From Vulcanimicrobiota bacterium (GTDB taxonomy: Bacteria; Vulcanimicrobiota; Vulcanimicrobiia; Eremiobacterales; Eremiobacteraceae): a stretch of DNA of 64,000 nt. Every line of letters begins with the position of its first letter. The stretch's first letter is position 1. Position numbers and translations under genes: made by a program. The notes below the pieces were generated by a model. The model did no database searches. It was not told where the DNA came from and saw nothing but the letters and a program-made list of their open reading frames with translations. This document shows, piece after piece, positions 48,032-58,184 of the stretch. Location: NCBI GenBank assembly GCA_963805945.1, contig CAWDVP010000003.1, positions 128,001 to 192,000 of the forward strand, read 5' to 3'.

Positions 48032-48304
48032 CTGCGACCGATAAAGCGGCGCTGGCACTACGTGTATCTCGTGCGAGCGAAGGATGGCTCGTACTATTGC
48101 GGCTACGCGCTCGATCCGCGCGCGCGCGTGGCGATGCACAACAGCGGCAAGGGTTCCAAAGCGCTACGCGGCAGACGGCCGGTCAAGCTTGCGTATGTAC
48201 GACGTTTCGCGACCAAAGGTGAGGCGCTCGCATACGAAGCCGCTCTCAAGCGACGCTCGCACACGCAGAAGAAAGACCTGACGCGAGGATGGACACGACG
48301 ATGA
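48032..48304 (+). CDS. GIY-YIG nuclease (UPF0213/YhbQ-like); start uncertain
   Basis: YVYLVR..DGSYYCGY..D...R...HNSGKG.K....RP.......EA...E...K. Confidence 0.85.
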   Translation: MRPIKRRWHYVYLVRAKDGSYYCGYALDPRARVAMHNSGKGSKALRGRRPVKLAYVRRFATKGEALAYEAALKRRSHTQKKDLTRGWTRR

Positions 48305-48339
48305 AGGATGTCCCATTAAGCAGGACATATGAGAATTAA

Positions 48340-48381
48340 TGACTATGAATAAGTAGTCAGTTGACTAGCCTTTATTAGTCT
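48340..48381. promoter_or_regulatory. Tandem inverted-repeat operator TGACTA-N8-TAGTC(A/T), two copies
   Basis: TGACTA-TGAATAAG-TAGTCA then GT then TGACTA-GCCTTTAT-TAGTCT, in an AT-rich stretch upstream of an HTH gene. Confidence 0.75.
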
Positions 48382-48401
48382 TTTGTGCGACAATATGCCC
48401 C

Positions 48402-48740
48402 ATGAGCCTCATAGCCGCCCCAAGCATTTTCGGGAGCCCGCGAAGGACGCAGCTGCTCGTCTTGCTCGCGCTCCTGGAAGAGAGCTACCCTCGAGAACTA
48501 GCACGGCTCTTGAACGCGCCGCTCCTGACGGTCCAGAAGATCGTCGACGCGTTCGAGCGCGAAGGTCTCCTTGCCACGCGCTTGGTGGGAAATCAGCGGC
48601 GGGTGACGCTCAACCCGCGATTTTATGGAGTCAAGCCGCTTAAGGAGCTGCTCTTAGGCCTCGCCGAGGGCTCGCCTGAACTGCAGACGATCGCCGCGTC
48701 CCTTCGGCGGCGGCCCCGACGCAAAGGTAAAAAGCTCTGA
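48402..48740 (+). CDS. Winged-helix DNA-binding protein (putative antitoxin/regulator)
   Basis: IFGS..R..LL.LL....YPRELARLL....VQ..V..FE.EGL....VG.QR....NP; ArsR/MarR-like. Confidence 0.78.
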   Translation: MSLIAAPSIFGSPRRTQLLVLLALLEESYPRELARLLNAPLLTVQKIVDAFEREGLLATRLVGNQRRVTLNPRFYGVKPLKELLLGLAEGSPELQTIAASLRRRPRRKGKKL

Positions 48741-48754
48741 TCATCACCGCCGCG

Positions 48755-49282
48755 ATGTCGCTGCCAGATGTCGCATTCATCGTGTGCACAGCCTTATCGA
48801 AGAGCGGCCTCAAGGCCGTACTGACCGGCGGGAGCGCCGCCACGTATTACGCGCCACGCGCCTATCAATCTCGCGATATGGACTTCGTCATCCAATTCGT
48901 CGAAGGGGAAGGTCGGCGACGCGGAGCGGATGCGCTCAAGAGCCTTGGATACAAGGAGCTGGGCGGCACGTACGATCACGCCCTCAGCCCCTTCACCCTG
49001 GAGTTCCCTCCTGGGCCGCTCGCCGTCGGTGACGACCTCATCCGCGAGTGGGCCACGATAGAACGAACGGACATGCTGCTGCATGTGCTGACCCCAACCG
49101 ATTGCGTGAGAGACCGGCTTCTGTGGTTCTATCTGCAACCGACGGACCGCAGCAGTCTCGCCGCAGCAGTAGGCGTCGCACGATCGCAATCGGTCGACAT
49201 CGATCTCGTCCGGTCATGGAGCAGTCGCGAAGGCTTTGCGGACAAGTTCGAAGAGTTCACGAAGCGCGTGCGTGCGGGGTGA
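48755..49282 (+). CDS. Putative nucleotidyltransferase (Pol-beta fold, AbiEii/DUF6036-like)
   Basis: VLTGGSAA..Y......SRDMDFV motif; L.PTDCV.DRL. Confidence 0.7.
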   Translation: MSLPDVAFIVCTALSKSGLKAVLTGGSAATYYAPRAYQSRDMDFVIQFVEGEGRRRGADALKSLGYKELGGTYDHALSPFTLEFPPGPLAVGDDLIREWATIERTDMLLHVLTPTDCVRDRLLWFYLQPTDRSSLAAAVGVARSQSVDIDLVRSWSSREGFADKFEEFTKRVRAG

Positions 49283-49296
49283 GTCCGCCGGTCGGA

Positions 49297-49854
49297 TCAG
49301 ACGCGGGAGATGTACTTGTGGTCGCGCGTGTCGATCCGTATCTTGTCGCCCGGGTTGATGAAGATCGGCACCTGGATCATCGCGCCGGTCTCGAGCTTGG
49401 CGGGTTTGGTGAGGTTGGTCGCGGTATCGCCGCGGAAGCCGGGGTCGGTCTCGACGACTTCGAGCTCGATGTGGTTGGGCAGCGCCGCGCCGATGATCTT
49501 GCCGTCGTGGAACTGCACGTCGATGACCATGCCCTCTTTGAGGAGGTCGGTGCCGTCGCCTAAGACCTCGCGGCCGAGGTGCGTCTGCTCGTAGTTCGAC
49601 TGGTCCATGAAATGGTACTCGTCGCCGCTGTTGTAGAGATATTGCATCTCGCGCGTGTCGATGGTGGCGCGTGTGAGCATCTCGCCCGCGCGGAAGGTCT
49701 TCTCAAGGATGTTGCCGCGGATGACGTTCTTCAGCCGCGTGCGGACGAACGCCGAGCCCTTGCCGGGCTTGACGTGCTGGAAGTCGACCACGGTCCACAG
49801 CTGGCCGTCGACGATGATCGAAACGCCGTTGCGGAAGTCGTTGCTCGAGATCAT
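49297..49854 (-). CDS. efp: Elongation factor P
   Basis: QHVKPGKGSAFVRT; PGFRGDTA; KPAKLETG; VP.FI..G. Confidence 0.97.
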   Translation of the reverse strand: MISSNDFRNGVSIIVDGQLWTVVDFQHVKPGKGSAFVRTRLKNVIRGNILEKTFRAGEMLTRATIDTREMQYLYNSGDEYHFMDQSNYEQTHLGREVLGDGTDLLKEGMVIDVQFHDGKIIGAALPNHIELEVVETDPGFRGDTATNLTKPAKLETGAMIQVPIFINPGDKIRIDTRDHKYISRV

Positions 49855-50480
49855 GAGGCTCCTTGCGTGGGCTTTTGTCCGATTTTGGGTTCGGTGCCGG
49901 CGCGCAGCCGCTCGATGTTCGCGCGATGCCGCCACAGCACGAATGCGAGCGCGAGGACGCCGTACGCGGTGTACGGCCAGGGCGCGTGCAGCACGTACAT
50001 CACGATCGGCGCGACGGCGGTGGCGAGCATCGAGGCCAGCGACGAGTAGCGTGTGAGCATCGCGGTCGCCAGGAAGACGACCGCCCATGCGAGCGCCGCC
50101 GGGAACGACAACACCACGAGCACACCTAATCCGGTGGCCACGCCCTTGCCGCCTTCGAATTTCAGGAAGATCGACCAGTTGTGTCCGACGATTGTCGCAA
50201 GGCCGACGATCGCCACCACAAGCGGTGAGGAGTGCAGCAGATACATGGCGACTGCGGTCGGCAAGCTGCCCTTGATGACGTCGCCAAGCAGGGTGAGGGC
50301 TGCGCCGCCCGCGCCCAGCGCGCGCAACGCGTTGGCCGCGCCGATGTTGCCACTGCCGACCGTGCGGGGATCGACGCCGTACAGACCTCTGCCCACCACG
50401 ATGCCGAAGGGTATCGAGCCGACCACGTAAGCCGCCACGATGCAGACGACGTCGGCGATGCGCAGATCGGCGACGATCAC
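49851..50480 (-). CDS. plsY: Glycerol-3-phosphate acyltransferase
   Basis: GSIPFG; GSGNIGAANA.R; D..KG; GHNWSIF..F.GGKGVAT; HRANI.RL. Confidence 0.96.
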   Translation of the reverse strand: MIVADLRIADVVCIVAAYVVGSIPFGIVVGRGLYGVDPRTVGSGNIGAANALRALGAGGAALTLLGDVIKGSLPTAVAMYLLHSSPLVVAIVGLATIVGHNWSIFLKFEGGKGVATGLGVLVVLSFPAALAWAVVFLATAMLTRYSSLASMLATAVAPIVMYVLHAPWPYTAYGVLALAFVLWRHRANIERLRAGTEPKIGQKPTQGAS

Positions 50481-51862
50481 ACGGGTTCCTCGTCCGCCAC
50501 CGCCGCCGCGATCACATCGTCGGACTTGGTGGAGTCCTGCCGCACGCGCGGCCGGAACACGAGTGAAAGCGGCGTGCCGACAAAGCCGAACGCCTCGCGC
50601 AGCGAATTCTCGAGATGCCGCTCGTACGAGAAGTGCAGCAGCTTGGGGTCGTTGACGAAGAAGACGAAGGTGGGCGGCTCGATGCCGGTCTGCGTGACGT
50701 ACTGGCACGTCATCACGCGTCCGCGGAACGACGGCGGCGGATGAACGCGGAAGACATCGCGGATCACCTGGTTGAGCTTCGCGGTCGGCACACGGGTGCG
50801 GCGCGCGTCGTATGCGGCGGCGACGACGGCGAGCACCTTGTGCACGCCCCTCTTGGTGAGCGCGGAGGCATACACGATCGGCGCGTACTGCGCGAAACCG
50901 AATTCCTCGTGCAGCGCGGCCTCGGTGTCTTTACGATCGACCGCCGCGCGATCGATGAGGTCCCATTTGTTGAGCAGGATGACGAGCGCCTTGCCCTCTT
51001 CGACCGCCAGTCCCGCGATGCGCCGGTCCTGCATAGTGACGCCAAGCGTCGCGTCGATGACGAGCAGCGCGACGTCGCATCGCCCGATCGCCGCGACCGC
51101 GCGCAGACTCGAGTAGTAGTCGAGCGCGGGACCGGTCTTGACGTGCTTGCGCACGCCGGCGGTGTCGACGATGACGTAACGGCGGCCGTCGACGTCGAGC
51201 GCGCTGTCGATCGCATCCCGCGTCGTCCCCGGCTGTGCGGAGACCAGCACGCGCTGTTTGCCCAGCAGCGCGTTGAGCAGCGAGGACTTGCCGACGTTCG
51301 GCTGGCCGACGATGGCGACGCGGATGGTGCCGTCATCGCTCGCCGCATCCGTATCGGTGTCTGGCGGCAGTTTCGCCACGATCGCTTCGAGCAGATCGCC
51401 GCTCTGCAAACCGTGGATGGCCGAGACCGCCAACGGCACGTCGAAACCGAGCGCGCAGAACTCATAGATGGAAGCAGCCGCAGCCGGCGCCTCGACTTTG
51501 TTGGCGACAAGCAGCACTTTGCCGCGGTTCGCGCGCAGCAGTTCGGCGACGTCGTAGTCGCCGGGCATCGGCCCGGTCTGGGCGTCGACGACGAACACGA
51601 CGACGTCGGCCTCGGCGATGGCGAGCTCGGCCTGCGCGCGCGTCTGCGCGGGGATGTCCTCGCTCTGCCCGGTCTCGATGCCGCCCGTGTCGACGAGCGT
51701 GAGCGTGCGTCCGGCCCAGTCGATCGGCGCGTAGAGGCGGTCGCGCGTCACGCCGGGGGTCGCATCCACGATCGCTTGGCGCGTCCCCGCGAGGCGATTG
51801 AACAGCGATGACTTGCCGACGTTGGGACGTCCAACGATGGCGACGATAGGAGAAGAAGACAC
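50477..51862 (-). CDS. der: Ribosome biogenesis GTPase Der
   Basis: Two G domains (GRPNVGKS, GQPNVGKS), TRD and DTGG/DTAG; C-terminal KH-like PPTF..F.N. Confidence 0.97.
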   Translation of the reverse strand: MSSSPIVAIVGRPNVGKSSLFNRLAGTRQAIVDATPGVTRDRLYAPIDWAGRTLTLVDTGGIETGQSEDIPAQTRAQAELAIAEADVVVFVVDAQTGPMPGDYDVAELLRANRGKVLLVANKVEAPAAAASIYEFCALGFDVPLAVSAIHGLQSGDLLEAIVAKLPPDTDTDAASDDGTIRVAIVGQPNVGKSSLLNALLGKQRVLVSAQPGTTRDAIDSALDVDGRRYVIVDTAGVRKHVKTGPALDYYSSLRAVAAIGRCDVALLVIDATLGVTMQDRRIAGLAVEEGKALVILLNKWDLIDRAAVDRKDTEAALHEEFGFAQYAPIVYASALTKRGVHKVLAVVAAAYDARRTRVPTAKLNQVIRDVFRVHPPPSFRGRVMTCQYVTQTGIEPPTFVFFVNDPKLLHFSYERHLENSLREAFGFVGTPLSLVFRPRVRQDSTKSDDVIAAAVADEEPV

Positions 51863-51920
51863 GGTGTAGGGGCATTCGCCGCCGGGGTCGCATCTCCCGG
51901 CAGAGGAGGGTCGCACGGGC

Positions 51921-52682
51921 TTGATCGCGGTCGCACTCATCATCGCCATGTCCACGGCGTCGCCGACGCCGATGGCGGCGCAATTGCCGTCGCATGGCGC
52001 GGCGTTCGTGACGACGCTGCCGCTGGGCGCGGACATATGGCTCGACGGTGCGTACGTCGGCAGGACGCCCGCGTTCGTCGATCTGCTGTCGGCGGGCAAG
52101 CACACCATCGTCGTGACGCGGACGGGCTGGGCCGCGCAGAGCGCGACCGTGCAGATCGGCGTCGGCCAGACCGTGCCCATCAGCCTGCTGCTGGCGCGCG
52201 CGACGACGGCCGCGACCAACCGCAGCTTCGGCACGCTCGACGTGCGCGGTTCGCCTGCCGGCGCGAGCGTGTACGTGGACGGCGAGAAGATCGGCGGCCT
52301 TCCCGCGACCGGCAAGAAGGTGCGCGCCGGCTACCACATCATCACCGTGGTCGGCAACGGCTCGGAGCGCTCGACGCGCGACGTCAACGTGTTTCCCGAC
52401 ACCGCGACCACTGTGACGATCACCGCGGGCGAGCCCGGCGGTCCCGCCGGCGACATCCTCGAACCGGTCGCTTCGTATATCCCTGCCGAGGACGTGTCGG
52501 TCCAGGGCGCCCAGGTCGCGATCAAGTACCGCGGCGCCGACGTGCGCTGTTCGCTCGGCTCGCGCACCTACACGCTCAACGGCAAGGAAGGGCTGCTGTC
52601 GATGGCGCCGACGATGCTGAGCGGCAAGTTGTACCTGCCGCTGTCGCTGCTGCAGCACATCACCGGCGCGCCGTCGCACTAG
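51921..52682 (+). CDS. PEGA domain protein with a C-terminal stalk-like segment
   Basis: P.GA.IWLDG.YVG.TP and SP.GASVYVDG repeats; P.M..GKLYLPL. Confidence 0.75.
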   Translation: MIAVALIIAMSTASPTPMAAQLPSHGAAFVTTLPLGADIWLDGAYVGRTPAFVDLLSAGKHTIVVTRTGWAAQSATVQIGVGQTVPISLLLARATTAATNRSFGTLDVRGSPAGASVYVDGEKIGGLPATGKKVRAGYHIITVVGNGSERSTRDVNVFPDTATTVTITAGEPGGPAGDILEPVASYIPAEDVSVQGAQVAIKYRGADVRCSLGSRTYTLNGKEGLLSMAPTMLSGKLYLPLSLLQHITGAPSH

Positions 52683-52720
52683 ACAAGGCCCGCGCGGTGC
52701 GCCCGCGAAACAGGTGCGCC

Positions 52721-54043
52721 ATGCCCTCGGTCTATCTTCAGACGTTCGGCTGTCAGATGAACGCGGCCGACTCCAACGGCCTCGCACATCAGGCGTGGTC
52801 GATGGGCTGCACCTTCACGCCGACGCCTGAGGATGCGGACATCATCATCGTCAACACCTGCGCGATCCGCGAGAAGGCCGAACTGCGCGTGTACGGCCGC
52901 CTCGGCCAGTTCAAGCCGCTCAAGGAACGGCGACCCGACACGAAACTGCTCGTCGCCGGCTGCCTCGCTGAGAAAGATCGCCAGATCATGCGCCGCAAAG
53001 CGCCCCACGTCGACGCGCTGCTCGGACCGCGCGACTACAAGCAATTCAAGGCGCTGCTCGCCTCGTGGGGCGTCTCTACCGATGCGCCGCCGCCGGACAC
53101 CGACTTCGCGATGCCCTCGCTCGAGGACGACCCGGGCCACGACGGCGCCGCCGAATTCGCGCACGTGCGCTCGCTCGTCAACATCACCCGCGGCTGCGAG
53201 AAGTTCTGCACCTACTGCATCGTGCCGTACACCCGCGGCCCGCTCGAGAGCATCGACCCGGATGAGGTGGAGGCGCAGGTGCGCCGCGAGATCCGCTGCG
53301 GCGCCAAAGAGATCACGCTGCTCGGGCAAAACGTCAACTCGTACTACTGGGCGCCGAGCGAGCTCGACTTCGCCGGCCTGCTGCTGCGCATCGGCGCCAT
53401 CGAAGGACTGGAGCGGCTCACCTTTCTGACGTCGCATCCCAAAGATTTCGGACCGCGCGTCGTCGACGCGCTCGCGCAGGTGCCCAACATCGTGCCGCGG
53501 CTGCACCTGCCCGTGCAGTGCGGCAGCAACCGCGTGCTCGGGGCGATGGCGCGTCTCTATACTATCGAAGAGTACGTCGACAAGATCGCCTATTTCCGCG
53601 AGCGTCTGCCGCGCTGGGCGCTCACCACCGATCTCATCGTCGGCTATCCGACCGAGACGGAAGAAGATTTTCTCCAGACGCTCGACCTCGTGGAGCGCGG
53701 CACGTTCGAATACGCGTTCATCTTCGCATATTCGCCGCGCACGGGCACGCCGGCGGCGACGATGGAGCCGCAAGTGCCGCCGCCAGAGAAGATCCGCCGC
53801 CTCCAAGCCGTCAACACCGCGCAGAACGAGGTGACGAAGCGCTTCAACGAGTCGTTCCTCGGCGAGACGGTCCGCGTGCTCGCGCAAGGACCCTCCAAGA
53901 AAGATCCTGCGAACATGGCGGGCAAGACCGGGCACAACACGACCGTGATCTATCCGCGCGACGACCGCACGAAATTCGCGCCGGTCGTCGACGTGGCCGT
54001 CGAGCAGGCCTATTCCTGGGGGCTTGCCGGAACCGTCAGCTGA
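52721..54043 (+). CDS. miaB: tRNA methylthiotransferase
   Basis: TFGCQMN; NTCAIREKA; GCEKFCTYCIVP; LLGQNVN; LHLPVQ; TDLIVGYP; TRAM domain. Confidence 0.95.
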   Translation: MPSVYLQTFGCQMNAADSNGLAHQAWSMGCTFTPTPEDADIIIVNTCAIREKAELRVYGRLGQFKPLKERRPDTKLLVAGCLAEKDRQIMRRKAPHVDALLGPRDYKQFKALLASWGVSTDAPPPDTDFAMPSLEDDPGHDGAAEFAHVRSLVNITRGCEKFCTYCIVPYTRGPLESIDPDEVEAQVRREIRCGAKEITLLGQNVNSYYWAPSELDFAGLLLRIGAIEGLERLTFLTSHPKDFGPRVVDALAQVPNIVPRLHLPVQCGSNRVLGAMARLYTIEEYVDKIAYFRERLPRWALTTDLIVGYPTETEEDFLQTLDLVERGTFEYAFIFAYSPRTGTPAATMEPQVPPPEKIRRLQAVNTAQNEVTKRFNESFLGETVRVLAQGPSKKDPANMAGKTGHNTTVIYPRDDRTKFAPVVDVAVEQAYSWGLAGTVS

Positions 54044-54117
54044 CCATCCGCAAGGGCGCGCGCGGCGCGCTCGCCCCGCACGAAGACCGGCAGTCGCCCG
54101 GCGCAGGACACAAACCG

Positions 54118-56609
54118 GTGGTGCCCACCGACGATGCCATCAGCTCGCCGCTCATCGCGCAGTACCTCGAACTGAAGTCCGTGTATCCCGAGGCGCTGCT
54201 GCTCATGCGCGTCGGCGATTTCTACGAAGCGTATGGCGCCGACGCCGACGAGCTCGCCGCGCTCGTGCAGATCGTGCTCACGTCGAAGGAGGCGGGCAAG
54301 GGCAAGCGCGTCGCCATGGCGGGCGTGCCCTACCATAACCTCGATCCGTATCTCGGCCGGCTGGTGCGCAAACTGCGCGTCGTCGCCATCGCCGAACAGA
54401 TGGAGCCGCCGGCGCCGAACCGTCTCGTGCGCCGCGAGATCGTCCGCGTCATCACGCCGGGCACGCTGCTCGAAGACCAGCTGCTCGCCCCGGAGCGCAA
54501 CAATTACTTGGTCGCGGTCGCCGTGGCCGCCGGCCACACCGCGGTGGCGTCGGCAGACGTCTCGACCGGCGGTGCCACCGTCGCGCTCGCTGACGCCGAT
54601 GATGAGTTCGCGGCTGAGCTCGATCGCGCGACGCCTGCAGAGGTCATCGTGGAGAGCGAGGCGGACGCGCGGCGTGTGCGGCCGCTGGTGGGCGAAGACT
54701 GCCGCGTGGCGATCTTCGAGAACGGTCGAATGAAGTCCGACCGCTCCATATGACTTGGAGTTGGAGAAGGCGTTCTCCATCGACGAGCGGCCGGCAGCGC
54801 GTGCCGCACTCGACTTGCTCGCCGCATATCTCGACCATCTCAAACTCGATGGTTCCGCCGTCGCACGCCGCGCGCGGCCGCGCATGGCGCGCTCCGCCAT
54901 GCAGATCGATCCGGGCACGCGCCGGCACCTCGAGCTCATCGCCGGCGCCGGCGAGAACTCGCGAGCCTGCCTGCTCGGCGTGCTCATGCGCACCAAGACG
55001 CCGATGGGCGGGCGCCTGCTCGCGCAGTGGGTGTGCGCGCCGCTGGTCGACGTCGAGCGGATCGAGAGGCGGCACGACCGCGTCGAGCGCCTCGTCGAGG
55101 CGCCGTCGTGGCGCGCCGCGCTCCAGACATGCCTGCAGCGTATCGGCGACATCGAGCGCATCACCGCCAAAGTGCGCTCTCGCCGCGCGAGTCCTCGCGA
55201 TCTCGGTGCGCTGCGCGCCTCGCTCGAGGGCGTCGCGCAGCTGCGGCAGACGCTCGCGGAGTCTCGCGCGTCCACAGATGTTCTTGGCGACGGCGAGCTG
55301 GACCGCGACGGCGCCTGCGCGCGCATCGCCGCGCTGCTCGCTACCACGCTGGTAGACGAAGCGCCCGCGACGATCGCCGAGGGCGGCGCGATCCGGCCCG
55401 ACTGCTCACCCGAGCTGCGAGAACTCGTCGAGCTGCGCACGCGCAGCAAGGAGCTGCTGCTCGCGCTCGAAGAGCGCACGCGCGCGCGCAGCGGCATCAA
55501 GTCGCTCAAGATCAAGTACACGCAAGCGTTCGGCTACTATTATGAGGTCACGCGCGCCAACGCGAACGCGATTCCCGCCGACTTCATCCGCCGCCAGTCG
55601 CTCGTCAACGCGGAGCGGTTCACCGATGCGGACCTGCGCGCGCTCGAAGCGGACATACTCTCAGCCCGCTCGCGTCAGATCGCGCTCGAGAAAGAGCTCT
55701 TCGAGACGCTGCTCGCGTCGGTCGCCGACGCGTCAGAGGCGCTGCTCGTCGCGGCGGAGGCCGTCGCGGAGATCGACGTCTACGCATCGCTTGGCCCAAG
55801 TCGCGGGCGAACGGCGCTACGTGCGGCCGGCGCTTTCGCAGACGAGCGAGATGCACGTGCGCGCCGGCCGGCATCCGGTGGTCGAGGCGTACGGCGGCGT
55901 GGATTTCGTGCCCAACGATTGCGAGCTCGACGCGAAGCGGCGCTTCTTGCTGATCACCGGACCGAACATGGGCGGCAAGTCGACTTATCTGCGCCAGACC
56001 GGCCTCATCGCGATCCTCGCGCAGATGGGATCGTTCGTGCCGGCCGAGTCGGCGCACCTCGGTATCGTCGACCGGCTCTTCACGCGCATCGGCGCCGGCG
56101 ACGACATCGCCGCCGGACGCTCGACGTTCTATGTCGAGATGGCCGAGATGGCGCTCGTGCTGCGCGGCTGCACGCCGGCGAGCCTGCTGCTCGTCGACGA
56201 GATCGGCCGCGGCACGGGCACGACCGACGGCCTCGCCATCGCCCAGGCGGTCAGCGAGTATATGCTGGGGCTGGACGAGGCCACCCCCATGGTGCTGTTC
56301 GCCACACATTTCCACGAGCTCGTCCGCCTCTCCGCGAGCTTTCCCAGCGTCGAGAACCTGCATGTCGCGGTGGCTGAGGAACCCGGTGGCCCGGTGTTCT
56401 CGCATCGCCTGCTGCACGGGTCGAGCAGCCGTTCGTACGGCATCGCGGTGGCCAAGATGGCCGGCCTGCCGCTCGAGGTGGTGGAGCGGGCCCAGGCAAT
56501 TGCCGATGATATTGAGCAGAGGCCCGGCCCCTCGCCCGCGCCGCTGCGCAAGCGACCGGGAGCCGGCGCCCCCGGCGACTCGCAGCTGAAGCTCGACGTC
56601 GGCCAATGA
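54118..56609 (+). CDS. mutS: DNA mismatch repair protein MutS, frameshifts near 54737 and 55790
   Basis: QY.ELK; RVGDFYE; MAGVP; TPGT; T.TPMGGR; GRHPVVE; TGPNMGGKST; STFYVEM; DEIGRGT; FATHFHE; SYGI.VA. Confidence 0.93.
54723..54750 (-). repeat. REP copy inside the mutS coding sequence
   Basis: CGGTCGAATGAAGTCCGACCGCTCCATA matches the reverse complement of the 2042 REP, with one extra base. Confidence 0.8.
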
Positions 56610-58184
56610 CACGTCTTGGGGACCGCGGAGACAGCCATCTTAAGAAGCGTATCGTATCCTATGATCGTCGCCGTGGCGCGCTGGCTCGCCGTGGCGCAGG
56701 TGCTGTTGGCGCCGCTCGTGCTGCCCATCCCCATCTGGCTCGTCGCAGCTTTGCTCGGCTATGCGCTCGTCGCGACCGCGCTCGCCGCGATGCCGCGGCT
56801 GTCCAAGCGTCCGCAAGATAAGAAGGACGAGCTCCCCGAAATCGCGCTGGCCGGCATCATCCTCTTGGATGTCGCCGCGACCGCGGCCGTAGGCTGGTTC
56901 TCCGGCGTCAGTTCGCTCGCGCTCATCGTCGGCTTGGATGCCGCCGCGTTGTCGGACGTCGCCGCGATCGTGTTCATCGGCATGTCCTCGGTGTGCGTCA
57001 CCGTCGCCATCGCGCTCGGCCATCCGACCGATGCCGCCGGCAGACCGTCCGACATCCTGGCGATCTTCGGCTACGCCGTCGCGCTGCCGCTCATCCCGTT
57101 CATCGCCGCCGCGCACGGCCTGCTCGGCCGGCGCCGCGCGGAGCAGCAGACGCGCTCCATCATGCGCGTGCTCGACGCGGGCTCGGACCTGGGCACGAAA
57201 GTCACGCTCGCCGAGGCGCTCAACCAGCTCATCATCATGCTGCGCGAGTTCCGCGAGTCGGTGCCGTGGAGCAACGCGGTCGTGTATGTCGTGCGGCCCG
57301 ACGAAGAGGCGCAGGACGAACTGCTCGTCGAGGAAGCGGTCGAGGGGGCATACGCCGATTTCTATCGCGGCAGCAAGCTGCGCTTCGGCGAAGGCGTCGT
57401 CGGTTTCGCCGCGACCGAACAGCGGCCGCTCATCGTCAGCGACATCCAAAAAGATTATCGTGAGGCGTCGCTGCCCCGCCCGAAAGCGGCGCGCGCCGCC
57501 TTGGTGGTGCCGATCGTCTCCGAGCGCATCACCATCGGCTGCGTCATGCTCGTCGCGCCCAAAGCGGGCGTCTTCACCTTCGAACAGCAGCGGCTGGTCG
57601 ATCGGCTGGTGCGCCTCGCGTCGGTCGGCATCCAGAACGCGCGACTGCACAGCAAGACCTTGGAGCTCGCCGAGACCGACTCGATGACCGGGCTGCTCAC
57701 GAACCGCGCGTATCAGGAGCGGCTCGAGGCGGAGTTCCGCCGCGCGCAGCTGTCGAAGCAGTCGCTCGCCTTGCTCATCCTCGACGTCGATTTCTTCAAG
57801 CACGTCAACGACACGTACGGCCATCCGCAGGGCGACGAACTGCTCAAGCAGCTCGGCGACGTCCTGCGCCAGCACGCGCGCAAGATCGACATCTGCTGCC
57901 GCTACGGCGGCGACGAGTTCGTCGTGCTCATGCCTGAGACGATCAAAGCCGAGGCCGCCATGGTGGCGGGTCGGTTGCGCCAGGCCATCGAGAGCAACGA
58001 GTTCCAGCTCGAGACGACGACGGCGAAGATCACCGTCTCGATCGGCGTGGCAGGCTATCCGCAGGACGTCTCGACCAAGCAGCAGCTGGTGAAATCGGCC
58101 GACACCGCGCTCTATTCGGCCAAGCAGGCGGGGCGCAACAACGTGAAGCTGGCGGTCCGCGACACGCTTCCAGTCCGTATGTAG
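56606..58184 (+). CDS. Membrane GAF-GGDEF diguanylate cyclase (start uncertain, 56606-56662)
   Basis: TM N-terminus; GAF (GEGVVG, VVPI); D.MTGL.N; DVDFFK.VND.YGH..GD; RYGGDEF; AD.ALY.AK..GRN. Confidence 0.93.

Noticed and set aside
48032..48304. GIY-YIG gene as a homing endonuclease or mobile element
   Set aside because: Short stand-alone UPF0213-type protein with no intron or IS context.
54751..54753. TGA in mutS as a second selenocysteine or read-through site
   Set aside because: The downstream mutS sequence is in a different frame, so this is an indel and not an in-frame stop.
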